A stretch of 64,000 nt of DNA from Candidatus Aenigmarchaeota archaeon LH_S6 (GTDB lineage Archaea; Aenigmatarchaeota; Aenigmatarchaeia; QMZS01). The stretch is taken from contig JAGXOK010000001.1 of the NCBI GenBank assembly GCA_023659935.1, positions 9,569 through 73,568 of the forward strand, written 5' to 3'. The translations under genes were made by a program, and so were the position numbers. This document shows positions 16,801-25,265 of the stretch, piece by piece. A model generated the notes under the pieces. It saw nothing but the letters and a program-made list of their open reading frames with translations, was not told the origin of the DNA and did not search any database. Positions within the stretch are counted from its first letter, which is position 1; each line of letters opens with the position of its first letter.

Positions 16801-19533
16801 ATGGTAAACAAACTATATGTATTTTTAGGTCTGGTAGTTTTAGTCTTTGGATTATCTTTAGCAGTTGCCCAGGAAAATATTGGTGAAGAGAGTAATATTA
16901 TACCAAATGCTACATCTAGAGAGGGCCTCCCTAGTGAAGAAGGTAATGTTACTTTGGAGGGAGCGGCATTTCCAGTTCCCCATTCTCTTAAGGACGATAT
17001 CTCCCAATATAGACGAAGCATGCCTGAGCTTCCTGTTAATGCGTTTCTTTTGGTTGCGAAAGATAATCTTTCCTTGGTCTTCACTCATGAAAAAGTGAGT
17101 AAAGGTCTTGCCACTGTTGAGGGTAAAAAACTTTCTTACAATCTACCCTGGAAAAATACTGAATTGTCAGTGATAAAAGCAGATACTGTATCGGTTAGAA
17201 AAGAGGGCGATCCAGCTACAATCAATGATATACTGTCAAACCCAGATGCATATAGGCTGGAACTTGTTAAACTAGACACCACACTAAGACAAGTCTCCAC
17301 CCTTTATGACCCTGATGATGGTTCTGGGATTGAATTTCCCATAACAACTGGCGTAGTCGTTAACTCCCCACGGAATCCTGTAGATTTCGTTGATGATATG
17401 TCCAGAAAGGTTAGAGAATTTCATGATAATCCTTCCAGAAGTGTTGCTGACAGGCTTCTTGGAGATACTCCAAGGCAACATCTATATACTTTTAATTTCC
17501 AGGAAGATTTCTGGATTGATTCTAAAGCAGAGGTCAATGGTATAGTCTTATATCCCCAAGGTACAGTTGTTGATTTGATCGAGAACCTAGAGACAAGCGA
17601 ACTCGAACTCGTTCATACAGATAAAAATGTACTGCTTTACGTTGTAAAAACTGATATGAAGGCTACACATGTTACGTCTGTAAATGAGATAACCACTCAT
17701 TCAAAGAAATACATGGGAAAAGTTGTCAAATTTACCGCCTTTGGTAAAGGTGGAACCACCAGCATCCAAGAGATGATCAAGAAATCTGGGAAATATCCTC
17801 CAGTAGATGTTCTTCTACATGGAGTTGTTGCATGGAACAGTATTAGTGTACCACCAGAGAGAAATGATATCATTTTAACTACTGGTGCCTCATCTCATCA
17901 CCAGGACAGGGTCTTTGCGCCTGTTGAGGGTAAATTTAACTACATTGGAAAAATCGTTTCGTCCAAGCAGGTCAACGAATCATTGCCAGAAGGATTAGCT
18001 CTAATTACTTATGCTAGGAATAAAACAGGTGAATTGGATTATGAAAAGTTACCAGAGTCCGCTAAAGAGATGATCAAAAGGGAGTACTCCAACCTAAATG
18101 CATCTCTAGGGGGTGCTGCTCCAATCGAAATATCTACCCCTAAAGAGACGGCTCCAACCCCCACTGCAACACCTACTGCAACTCCGACACCTACACTACA
18201 ATCTCATTATCCAGGGAAATGTACTCAATTAGAAGACTTGATAGAAAAGAAAAAACATTATGAACGTTTATATAACTTATCTGAGGAAGAACTTGAGGAG
18301 AAGGGATATAGTAAAGGAAGAGAAGGTATTAAAAAAGTACTGGAAAAACTTGAAGAAAGAATTAGAAATATTAAACCAGAGTGTGAAAATTATACAAATT
18401 ATACAGCTTATACAAATAGATGTGCTGAATTAGAAGACTTGATAGTAAAGAAAAAACATTATAAACATTTATATAGCTTATCTGAGGAAGAACTTAAAAA
18501 GACGGGATATCCTCAAGGAAGAGAAGAGGTTAAAAAAATACTAGAAAAACTTGAAGAAAGAATTAGAGAATGTGAAGAAGTTAGATCTCGGGTAATTCAG
18601 GGAAACATATCTAGAATTAATGGTACGCCAAAGTATACAAATAGATGTACTCAATTAAAAGACTTGATAGTAAAGAAAAAACATTATAAACATTTATATA
18701 ACTTATCAGATAGAGAACTTAAGAAGAGAGGAGATAAAGGAAGAGAAGAGGTTAAAGAAATACTAGAAAAACTTGAAGAAAGAATTAGAGAATGTGAAGA
18801 AATTACAGCCAGATCTGGTGGTAGAAAAGGTCAAGGTGTTAATGTTTCTCAAGAGAGATACCCTGTAGTAAAACCTAGTAATGTAAGTATAACAAAACCT
18901 ATAGTAGCAGAATCCGGAAGGGAGATAACAGATTATTACACATCTAAAATCACCACCATAATGAAAAAAGAAACAAATGTAGAACAACAGGTAAAAGAAC
19001 TAAAAGAATTGAGAAATGAAGTTGATAAATTAATAGAAGAATTGATAAAAAGTAAAGATGAAATAAATACTGAAGAAGTGGATGAGTTGGTTTCAAAAGT
19101 AAAAATAAAACCCGGTAAAATAAAAGCTGATAATGCTATTGTAAATTCTACTAATAAAACAATAATAACAAAAGTCAATAAAAAGAATCTAACAATAAAA
19201 CCAACAAAATTGCATGTTACTATCCAAGAGGGAAAATATGAAATAAAAGCTCCTGAAATAAAGGTACAAAACAAGACATTAGTAGTTGGAAACTCTACTG
19301 TTAAACTTACAGCAAGTGATATTGTAGAAAAAACCAAGGTTGAGCCAAAAGATATTGAACTGAAAGAGGAAAATGCAAAAGCAGTCTATAAGATTAAAGC
19401 AGATGAAAACAGAAAATTGTTTGGATTTATTCCAGTAAAAGTTGAGAAAGATATGACTGTAGATGCTGGGGATAGAGAAGTAAAAGTTCTTAAAGAAAAG
19501 AGGCCTTGGTGGAGTTTTTTAACATCCAAATAG
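16801..19533 (+). CDS. secreted 910-aa protein with PT-rich linker, three tandem ~70-aa Cys-containing repeats and K-rich C-terminal region
   Basis: Signal peptide. PTPTATPTATPTPT linker. Three repeats beginning C(T/A)(Q/E)L(E/K)DLI(E/V)KKKHY at about nt 18221, 18421 and 18643. Coiled-coil and Lys-rich tail. Confidence 0.5.
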   Translation: MVNKLYVFLGLVVLVFGLSLAVAQENIGEESNIIPNATSREGLPSEEGNVTLEGAAFPVPHSLKDDISQYRRSMPELPVNAFLLVAKDNLSLVFTHEKVSKGLATVEGKKLSYNLPWKNTELSVIKADTVSVRKEGDPATINDILSNPDAYRLELVKLDTTLRQVSTLYDPDDGSGIEFPITTGVVVNSPRNPVDFVDDMSRKVREFHDNPSRSVADRLLGDTPRQHLYTFNFQEDFWIDSKAEVNGIVLYPQGTVVDLIENLETSELELVHTDKNVLLYVVKTDMKATHVTSVNEITTHSKKYMGKVVKFTAFGKGGTTSIQEMIKKSGKYPPVDVLLHGVVAWNSISVPPERNDIILTTGASSHHQDRVFAPVEGKFNYIGKIVSSKQVNESLPEGLALITYARNKTGELDYEKLPESAKEMIKREYSNLNASLGGAAPIEISTPKETAPTPTATPTATPTPTLQSHYPGKCTQLEDLIEKKKHYERLYNLSEEELEEKGYSKGREGIKKVLEKLEERIRNIKPECENYTNYTAYTNRCAELEDLIVKKKHYKHLYSLSEEELKKTGYPQGREEVKKILEKLEERIRECEEVRSRVIQGNISRINGTPKYTNRCTQLKDLIVKKKHYKHLYNLSDRELKKRGDKGREEVKEILEKLEERIRECEEITARSGGRKGQGVNVSQERYPVVKPSNVSITKPIVAESGREITDYYTSKITTIMKKETNVEQQVKELKELRNEVDKLIEELIKSKDEINTEEVDELVSKVKIKPGKIKADNAIVNSTNKTIITKVNKKNLTIKPTKLHVTIQEGKYEIKAPEIKVQNKTLVVGNSTVKLTASDIVEKTKVEPKDIELKEENAKAVYKIKADENRKLFGFIPVKVEKDMTVDAGDREVKVLKEKRPWWSFLTSK

Positions 19534-19808
19534 GTCTTAGAAGTGATAAACTCTTGCCTCAAAATTCATAATCTTTCCTTTTTTAATTTTAACTTAAAAT
19601 AGCCAAGAAGTCTATTTCCAAAATCTTAGCTAATAATACAGGATTTTGGTGGTAGCTCAATTGGCATACTAAAGGTTTTTTGCTATATTATACTAAGGGA
19701 ATGAACAAATACCGCTGGACGAGTGGGAATTCACGCCTGTGGAGATTTGACCTCTACTGCTCAGTCAGCAAGTCGAGTCGTGGAAGCAGGAACTATATAC
19801 GATGATTC

Positions 19809-20126
19809 TCAATAGCATAATTTCATCGTTGGAAGCCACTTCCAAAAATCAATTTGGTGGTGGAGGATGTCACTCCCTTCTCTCCTCAGTTTTCTAATTT
19901 TCTCGGTTTTTCCTAATTTATATCCTCTAATTTCTCTATTAGTCCCAACAACTTTATAGCATTTAATCCCTCTTAAGTTCTCATTTTTTGACAAAATTCT
20001 GCCAACTTCTCTTGGATTTAAACCAAGTTTAGAGCCAATTTCTTTATAGGTGGTAATTTTTCCTTTGGGAATTTTCTGGAGTAATCTAAAAACTTGCTCA
20101 CTTTTTGGAGTTGGTTTGTATCCCAT
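19809..20126 (-). CDS. MGMT/Ogt DNA-binding-domain protein (methylated-DNA-protein-cysteine methyltransferase C-terminal domain only)
   Basis: TYKEIGSKLGLNPREVGRILSKNE...IKCYKVVG resembles the MGMT HTH and PCHRV active-site region. Confidence 0.5.
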   Translation of the reverse strand: MGYKPTPKSEQVFRLLQKIPKGKITTYKEIGSKLGLNPREVGRILSKNENLRGIKCYKVVGTNREIRGYKLGKTEKIRKLRREGSDILHHQIDFWKWLPTMKLCY

Positions 20127-20156
20127 AACTTTTGGAAATTATCTCTATCTTCAATT

Positions 20157-21557
20157 ATGGGAAGTTTAAGAGATAAATGTGGGGTGGGATTTGTAAATTC
20201 TTGTTTAGATGCTTATGGAATGCTTAGGGGTCTAGAACATAGAGGTGAGGAAAGTACAGGAATAGCAGGGATGAAAGATAAAGAAATATATGCTATGCGG
20301 TGGCTTGGAAAGGTTTACAACAAAAATTATGAGGATATTGAAGGAATAGGAGGAGAGCAATTTGCTATTCATACCAGATATGCAACTCAGGGATCGAAAA
20401 AGGAGTTATTAAAGGATGCTCATCCTATAACAATAGATGGATATGATAATTTGAACATGGAAAAACAAACTTCTTTTACAAAGGGTGCCAGTTCTGCAAT
20501 AGTTCACAATGGACAGGTAGTTGGAGATAAGATATTTCCTAATGAAATAGAAAGTGATACAGAATTACTTCTACGAACTTACAAGAAATATGGAATTCAT
20601 AAGTTAATGGAAGAAATTCCAGGTTCTTATTCAATGATAATCTTAGATGAAGGTAATGTGATAGGATGCAGAGACAGATATGGGATTAAACCTTTATGGT
20701 ATGGAGAAAAAGATGGTTTGCCAGTCCTTTGCTCAGAAGACTTTCCAATAAAGAAAATAGGTGGTAAACCGATAAGAGAAGTAGATCCTGGGGAAATGGT
20801 TTATATAGAAGATGATGATGTGAACTTTGAGAGAGTGGTTGAACCAGAAGAAAATTTTTGTTTTTTTGAGAAAAACTACCTGTCTAACCCAAACTCTACT
20901 TTTAAAGGAAGAAAAAATTGGGCAAACTCTACTTTTAAAGAAAGAAAAAATTGGGATACAAGAAAATCTTTAGGAGAGAAACTAGCAGAAGAATTTGAAA
21001 TAGAAGCAGACATTGTAATGGACGTCCCAAATACAGGAAAACCCTATGCCATTGGTTACTCTGAAAAAAGTGGGATTCCCTATTTACCTGAGCTAAAAAA
21101 GAAAAAAGTTGAGAGGTCATTTATACAATCAACAAAGGAAGAAAGAAGAAAATCGATAAGAGAGAATTTGTATCTTGAGAGACCTGAAGTTTTACGTAAA
21201 AAAGGAGTGGTTTTTGTTGATGATTCTATAATAAGAGGGAATGTGTTAGAAAGAGTTGCTAAAATATCTGAAGAAGCTGGAATTGAAAAAATATATTATC
21301 TTTCAGGAACTCCTCCAGTAGGCAGAGATGAAAATTGTTTTTGTTGTTATGGTGTTGACATGCCTAAATATGATGAGTTTATAATGAGGAGATATAGAAA
21401 TGAAAGAGAAATAGAAAAATATTTATCCGAAAACTATGGAATTCCGTTCGAATTGGATTATATTTCTCAAAAAGGATTATTTGATGTATTAGGAGACCCG
21501 GATAACTATTGTAAACGATGTATTACAGGAGAGAAACCCATTAAATCAAGAAAATAA
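20157..21557 (+). CDS. purF: amidophosphoribosyltransferase (class-II glutamine amidotransferase plus PRTase)
   Basis: Short propeptide then CGVGF (Cys nucleophile). HTRYAT. PRPP loop VVFVDDSIIRGNV. The ORF track start at 20094 is probably too early. Contains an in-frame 33-bp tandem duplication at 20892-20957. Confidence 0.7.
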   Translation: MGSLRDKCGVGFVNSCLDAYGMLRGLEHRGEESTGIAGMKDKEIYAMRWLGKVYNKNYEDIEGIGGEQFAIHTRYATQGSKKELLKDAHPITIDGYDNLNMEKQTSFTKGASSAIVHNGQVVGDKIFPNEIESDTELLLRTYKKYGIHKLMEEIPGSYSMIILDEGNVIGCRDRYGIKPLWYGEKDGLPVLCSEDFPIKKIGGKPIREVDPGEMVYIEDDDVNFERVVEPEENFCFFEKNYLSNPNSTFKGRKNWANSTFKERKNWDTRKSLGEKLAEEFEIEADIVMDVPNTGKPYAIGYSEKSGIPYLPELKKKKVERSFIQSTKEERRKSIRENLYLERPEVLRKKGVVFVDDSIIRGNVLERVAKISEEAGIEKIYYLSGTPPVGRDENCFCCYGVDMPKYDEFIMRRYRNEREIEKYLSENYGIPFELDYISQKGLFDVLGDPDNYCKRCITGEKPIKSRK

Positions 21558-21563
21558 AGTCCT

Positions 21564-22370
21564 TTAGTCTCTACATTTTTCCAAAATTTTCTTCATCCTT
21601 AAACTATCTTGCTCAATAACAGGACTTTCAGAGATAATCCTTATATCTCTTTTATTAGTTCCAAAGCCTCTACTAAGTAACTCCTTCGCTAATTCCCTAA
21701 AAATTGGTTGGTTGGAGGAAATTACTAAATGTCTTTTTTCTCCTTTTTCAGTAAATTCAATCCCTGAGAAGTGAGTATGCAATTCTTTAAATTTTCTGAC
21801 TTTGTCCAGAATTTCAGAATAATTTATTTTTCCTCCCTGTCTCGCAAAGATATGTGCAAAATCTATTATTGGAACACAACCTTTAACTTCCCTGCAAATT
21901 TTTAGAATCTCGTCTAGAGTTCCGAATTGTGATTTTTTCCCTGTTGTTTCCAAGCCAAGAAAGACATTCCACTTATTTTTATCTATCTCTTCCCTTAGTT
22001 CCTTACAACCTTTTTTTACAAATTTATAAGCTTGCTCTTTTGGAAGTCTTCTGTAATATCCAGGATGAAAAACAATATATTTTGCTCCTAAATAATAGCC
22101 AATCTCACAGGAATCTAAGATTCTTTTCTTACTAACCTCAATTTTCTCTGGGTTGCAGAGGTTTATAAAATAAGAGGCATGGATAGATAGTTTAACTTTT
22201 AAATCCTTTGCAATTTTTCCAACTTCAATTGCCTTTTCTTTTTTCAGATAAACATTCCTTACAAATTCCATTTCAAGGGCATTCAACCCAAGTTTCTTTA
22301 CATCTTTAATTCCCTGAATTGTATCCCCTTCTGTAATTGTTGGTATTCCTGCTGGACCAAGGTAAATCAT
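21564..22370 (-). CDS. nfo: apurinic/apyrimidinic endonuclease, Endonuclease IV family (TIM barrel)
   Basis: IHASYFINL (HAPYLINL), GLETTG (GLEN) and IDFAHIF (DTCH) motif equivalents. Confidence 0.65.
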   Translation of the reverse strand: MIYLGPAGIPTITEGDTIQGIKDVKKLGLNALEMEFVRNVYLKKEKAIEVGKIAKDLKVKLSIHASYFINLCNPEKIEVSKKRILDSCEIGYYLGAKYIVFHPGYYRRLPKEQAYKFVKKGCKELREEIDKNKWNVFLGLETTGKKSQFGTLDEILKICREVKGCVPIIDFAHIFARQGGKINYSEILDKVRKFKELHTHFSGIEFTEKGEKRHLVISSNQPIFRELAKELLSRGFGTNKRDIRIISESPVIEQDSLRMKKILEKCRD

Positions 22371-22371
22371 T

Positions 22372-22620
22372 TTACTCAGAAGGAATTTTTATACCAAGAG
22401 GCTTTTCAGTATCCCATTCTACTGTGCGAGGTTCATATACATTTAATAATTTCAACTCTTTATCCCCTTTAATATATTCCTTAATTTTTTCTATATCTCT
22501 GTATTCCATATTTTTCATATAGGCATAGTCGTATGTCCTTGTAGAGCTTCCGGGTCTAGCTATGACTTCTTTTAACCATTTTTTAAACCCATCCTCTCTA
22601 CCTGTAAAGTCTATTCTCAT
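22372..22620 (-). CDS. hypothetical protein, co-oriented with nfo
   Basis: ORF only. Confidence 0.3.
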   Translation of the reverse strand: MRIDFTGREDGFKKWLKEVIARPGSSTRTYDYAYMKNMEYRDIEKIKEYIKGDKELKLLNVYEPRTVEWDTEKPLGIKIPSE

Positions 22621-22713
22621 ATTTAAATTTAATTTTAAAATTAATATTACTAATTGTTACTTCGACAATTAACGATTCTTTATTTTTTACTTCTTCTTAC
22701 AATTACATAACTT

Positions 22714-22974
22714 ATGATAGAATATAAAAAAGTAGATAAGTTTGACTGCTTATATAATGGTGAAAATCTAGAGATTGATTGTATAGTGAGTAAATTTGGA
22801 CAAACAATCTATTTAGGATCAGGATTTACAAGAGCAAGAGTTCTAAATCCAGAGACTCTTAATGAGTTAAGAAATAAGCAGAAAATTATGGCTTATGGCT
22901 CTGAGAAAATTACATTTAAAAAAGACTATGAATTTGGTATATTTGAATTTTTAGTGGATTATTATAAGATCTAA
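22714..22974 (+). CDS. hypothetical protein
   Basis: ORF only. Confidence 0.25.
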   Translation: MIEYKKVDKFDCLYNGENLEIDCIVSKFGQTIYLGSGFTRARVLNPETLNELRNKQKIMAYGSEKITFKKDYEFGIFEFLVDYYKI

Positions 22975-23002
22975 TATTCTTTACTATGTAAAATTTAGTT
23001 CC

Positions 23003-23497
23003 TTAAACTTTGTTACCTAATTTTATAGGTTCCATAAAAACACTTCCATTTAAATGAAGTAAAGGAGTAAATTTTTCTTCTCTAATCCATTCTTTTAGAA
23101 CTTTTCCAACAATTAAAAAATGATCTCCATATTCCTTTATTTCAGCAATTTTACATTCAAAAGAGATTGGACACTTAATTACTGGTGGAGAAACAAGTTT
23201 TGATTTTTCTGTAATCAAATTTGCTTTTTTAAATTTGTCTAATTCTCTACCAGAATAAGTTCCGCAGATTATTGCCTCTTCTTTCATTTCTTTACCTAAT
23301 AAATTTAGAGTTAGTTCTTTTCTCTCTTTCAAATTCTTAAAAGTATATCTTTTTGGAGAAACTGAGAAGGCTATATACTTCGGCTCAAAACTAACAGGCA
23401 TTAAAAAACTTGCTGTCATAACATTCGCTTTACCCTCCTTACTTAGAGTTACAATTAAACCAACCATTCTTGGAAATATTTGTTCTGAGATTCTCAT
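23003..23497 (-). CDS. flavin reductase-like FMN-binding split-barrel protein
   Basis: MTASF..PVSFEP..IAFSV, NLLG, AIICGTYSGRELDKF and FECKI all match the flavin reductase domain pattern. Confidence 0.55.
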   Translation of the reverse strand: MRISEQIFPRMVGLIVTLSKEGKANVMTASFLMPVSFEPKYIAFSVSPKRYTFKNLKERKELTLNLLGKEMKEEAIICGTYSGRELDKFKKANLITEKSKLVSPPVIKCPISFECKIAEIKEYGDHFLIVGKVLKEWIREEKFTPLLHLNGSVFMEPIKLGNKV

Positions 23498-23539
23498 AAA
23501 TTACATTTAATATGATATATAAAGGAATAGTAGGAGGGA

Positions 23540-23828
23540 GTTTCAATCCTTATTTCATTCGTTTTCTTTGAAAACGATGCACCGTTTTTCTTTGAAAAAC
23601 GAGTGTCTTGGACCTATCTCTAAAACGCAACCCTTTTCAAGGTAATTGTTGAAAAAGGTCTGCACCCTAAAAACTAAAATAACAGAATTATCACCCTGTT
23701 TTGGCTTGAGCCTTTTTAATTTATAATACCCATAAAAGGCTCATTTAATCCTTATTTCATTCGTTTTCTTCGAAAACGATGCACCGTTTTTCTTTGAAAA
23801 ACGAGTGTCATGGACCTATTTCTAAAAC
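23540..23828 (-). CRISPR. satellite repeat-X-repeat unit: two 85-87-nt expanded CRISPR repeats (each with a 52-nt twin-palindrome insertion) flanking a 117-nt X element
   Basis: 23540-23626 and 23744-23828 are the normal 37-nt repeat, with cattcgttttctttgaaaacgatgcaccgtttttctttgaaaaacgagtgtc inserted between cttattt and ctggacc. 23627-23743 is 95 percent identical to 25894-26009. Confidence 0.55.
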
Positions 23829-23881
23829 TTGAAAGACTTAAATATCTATTATATCATTAATAATAAATGGTGTGATGTAAT

Positions 23882-24406
23882 ATGTTTCTCAAAAAATACC
23901 TAATTCGAAAGATAGTAGAATACGATTTACTTCCTTGCTCTATTAGATGGAAAAAATCCGTTAGTGGTATTGGAAGAATGTATGCAGATATTATGAAAAT
24001 GATGAAAGAAAATTACAGTTCTGAGGGGGTTAAAAGATTAAGTAAAGTTATGTATAACATTGGTTTTACTCAAGCATCTGAGATATTAGAATTATTAGGA
24101 TTGGAAAGGAACTTGGAAGGTTGCGCATATGCCTTATTAGCTATGCATAGGATTTTCGGAATTAAAAGCAAGATCGTTAAAAAAGAAAGTAATAAAATTA
24201 TAATCCATGTAACAGACTGCTGTTGGGGTAGAAAGAAGAGGGGTTGGACTCCCCAAACATGTGCTTCAATTGGTCAATATGAAACGGGTTTAGTAAAGGG
24301 AATACTGCCTGATGCTACCCCTATATATCCTAAAAGGCATACTCTTGGACATGATGTATGCGAACTTGTTCTCACTCTAAAAGAGGAAGGTGATAAGGAT
24401 GAATGA
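23882..24406 (+). CDS. hypothetical Cys-containing protein (possibly V4R-like ligand-binding domain)
   Basis: ORF with C..C motifs. The family assignment is weak. Confidence 0.25.
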   Translation: MFLKKYLIRKIVEYDLLPCSIRWKKSVSGIGRMYADIMKMMKENYSSEGVKRLSKVMYNIGFTQASEILELLGLERNLEGCAYALLAMHRIFGIKSKIVKKESNKIIIHVTDCCWGRKKRGWTPQTCASIGQYETGLVKGILPDATPIYPKRHTLGHDVCELVLTLKEEGDKDE

Positions 24407-24926
24407 AATGGTAATACTTGTAGACGAAAACGATAGGCAAATTGGAGTGGAAGATAAAATAAACGCTCATCAAGGAGAAGGAAAATTGCATAGGGCATTG
24501 TCAATATTTATATTCAACCCCAAAGGAAAATTGCTAATTCAAAGAAGAGCTAAAACAAAATATCATTGTGGTGGTCTATGGACTAATACTTGTTGTTCTC
24601 ATCCAAGACCAGAAGAATCTTTAGAGCAAGCAGCTCATAGAAGATTAAAAGAAGAAATGGGCTTCGATTGTGATTTTAAAGAAGTGTTTTCGTTTATATA
24701 TAAAGCGAATTTTGATAATGGTCTCACAGAATGGGAATTTGATCATGTTCTTATTGGAGAGTTTGACGGAGAGATAAAAGCAAACCCAAAAGAGGTTGCT
24801 GATTGGAAATGGGTCGGTCTTAATGAATTAAAAGAAGACATTAAAGAAAATCCGAATGAATACACACAGTGGTTTAAAATTGCTATTGACAGAACTCTTT
24901 CTTATTATACCCAGTATAAGGAGTGA
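24390..24926 (+). CDS. idi: isopentenyl-diphosphate delta-isomerase type 1 (Nudix fold)
   Basis: GKLHRALSIFIFN, LLIQRRA..K, GGLWTNTCCSHP and the Nudix-like EE..GF. Confidence 0.7.
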   Translation: MIRMNEMVILVDENDRQIGVEDKINAHQGEGKLHRALSIFIFNPKGKLLIQRRAKTKYHCGGLWTNTCCSHPRPEESLEQAAHRRLKEEMGFDCDFKEVFSFIYKANFDNGLTEWEFDHVLIGEFDGEIKANPKEVADWKWVGLNELKEDIKENPNEYTQWFKIAIDRTLSYYTQYKE

Positions 24927-24948
24927 TATAGAATGGTTGATGTGTTAA

Positions 24949-25145
24949 TTTTTACGCGAGCCCATAGCTGCAGAGTATGTTGCTGGATATTTAAAATTAA
25001 AAGGATTATCTGTTGATGTAATACAGCATACAACAGAAGATGATAATGTTATATTGAATTTAATTAGGAAAGAAAAACTAAAAATACTGGGCATATCTAT
25101 TCATAGTACCCATATTTTTCCTTCAGCTGTATCTCCAGGTTGGTA
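24949..25145 (+). pseudogene. N-terminal fragment of a B12-binding-domain/radical-SAM-type gene, frameshifted and truncated
   Basis: Frame B reads EPIAAEYVAGYLKLKGLSVDVIQHTTEDDNVILNLIRKEKLKILGISIHSTHIFPSAV, which looks like a B12-binding N-terminal domain. The ATG (MVDVLIFTRAH) is in another frame. The gene ends at the CRISPR trailer. Confidence 0.35.
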
Positions 25146-25265
25146 AGGTACACTAACTTCAAATAAATTATGTAATCCCAGAAATAAAAGAGAAATTGTA
25201 ACTAAAATAACAAATCCTAAAATTACCTTATTCTCTACAATAAATTTTCTCAATTCCATAATTCA

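Noticed and set aside
19636-19700. tRNA beginning ttggtgg-ta-gctc-aa
   Set aside because: No complementary 3' acceptor half (ccaccaa) or T-arm could be found within 300 bp on either strand. It is kept only as an unassigned ncRNA candidate.
23540-23828. CreTA-like crRNA-mimic antitoxin interpretation of the satellite repeat-X-repeat unit
   Set aside because: The spacer-like X is 116 nt, far longer than the 35-39-nt guides in the array, and no adjacent small toxin ORF or RNA could be recognised. It is described only as an unexplained structure.
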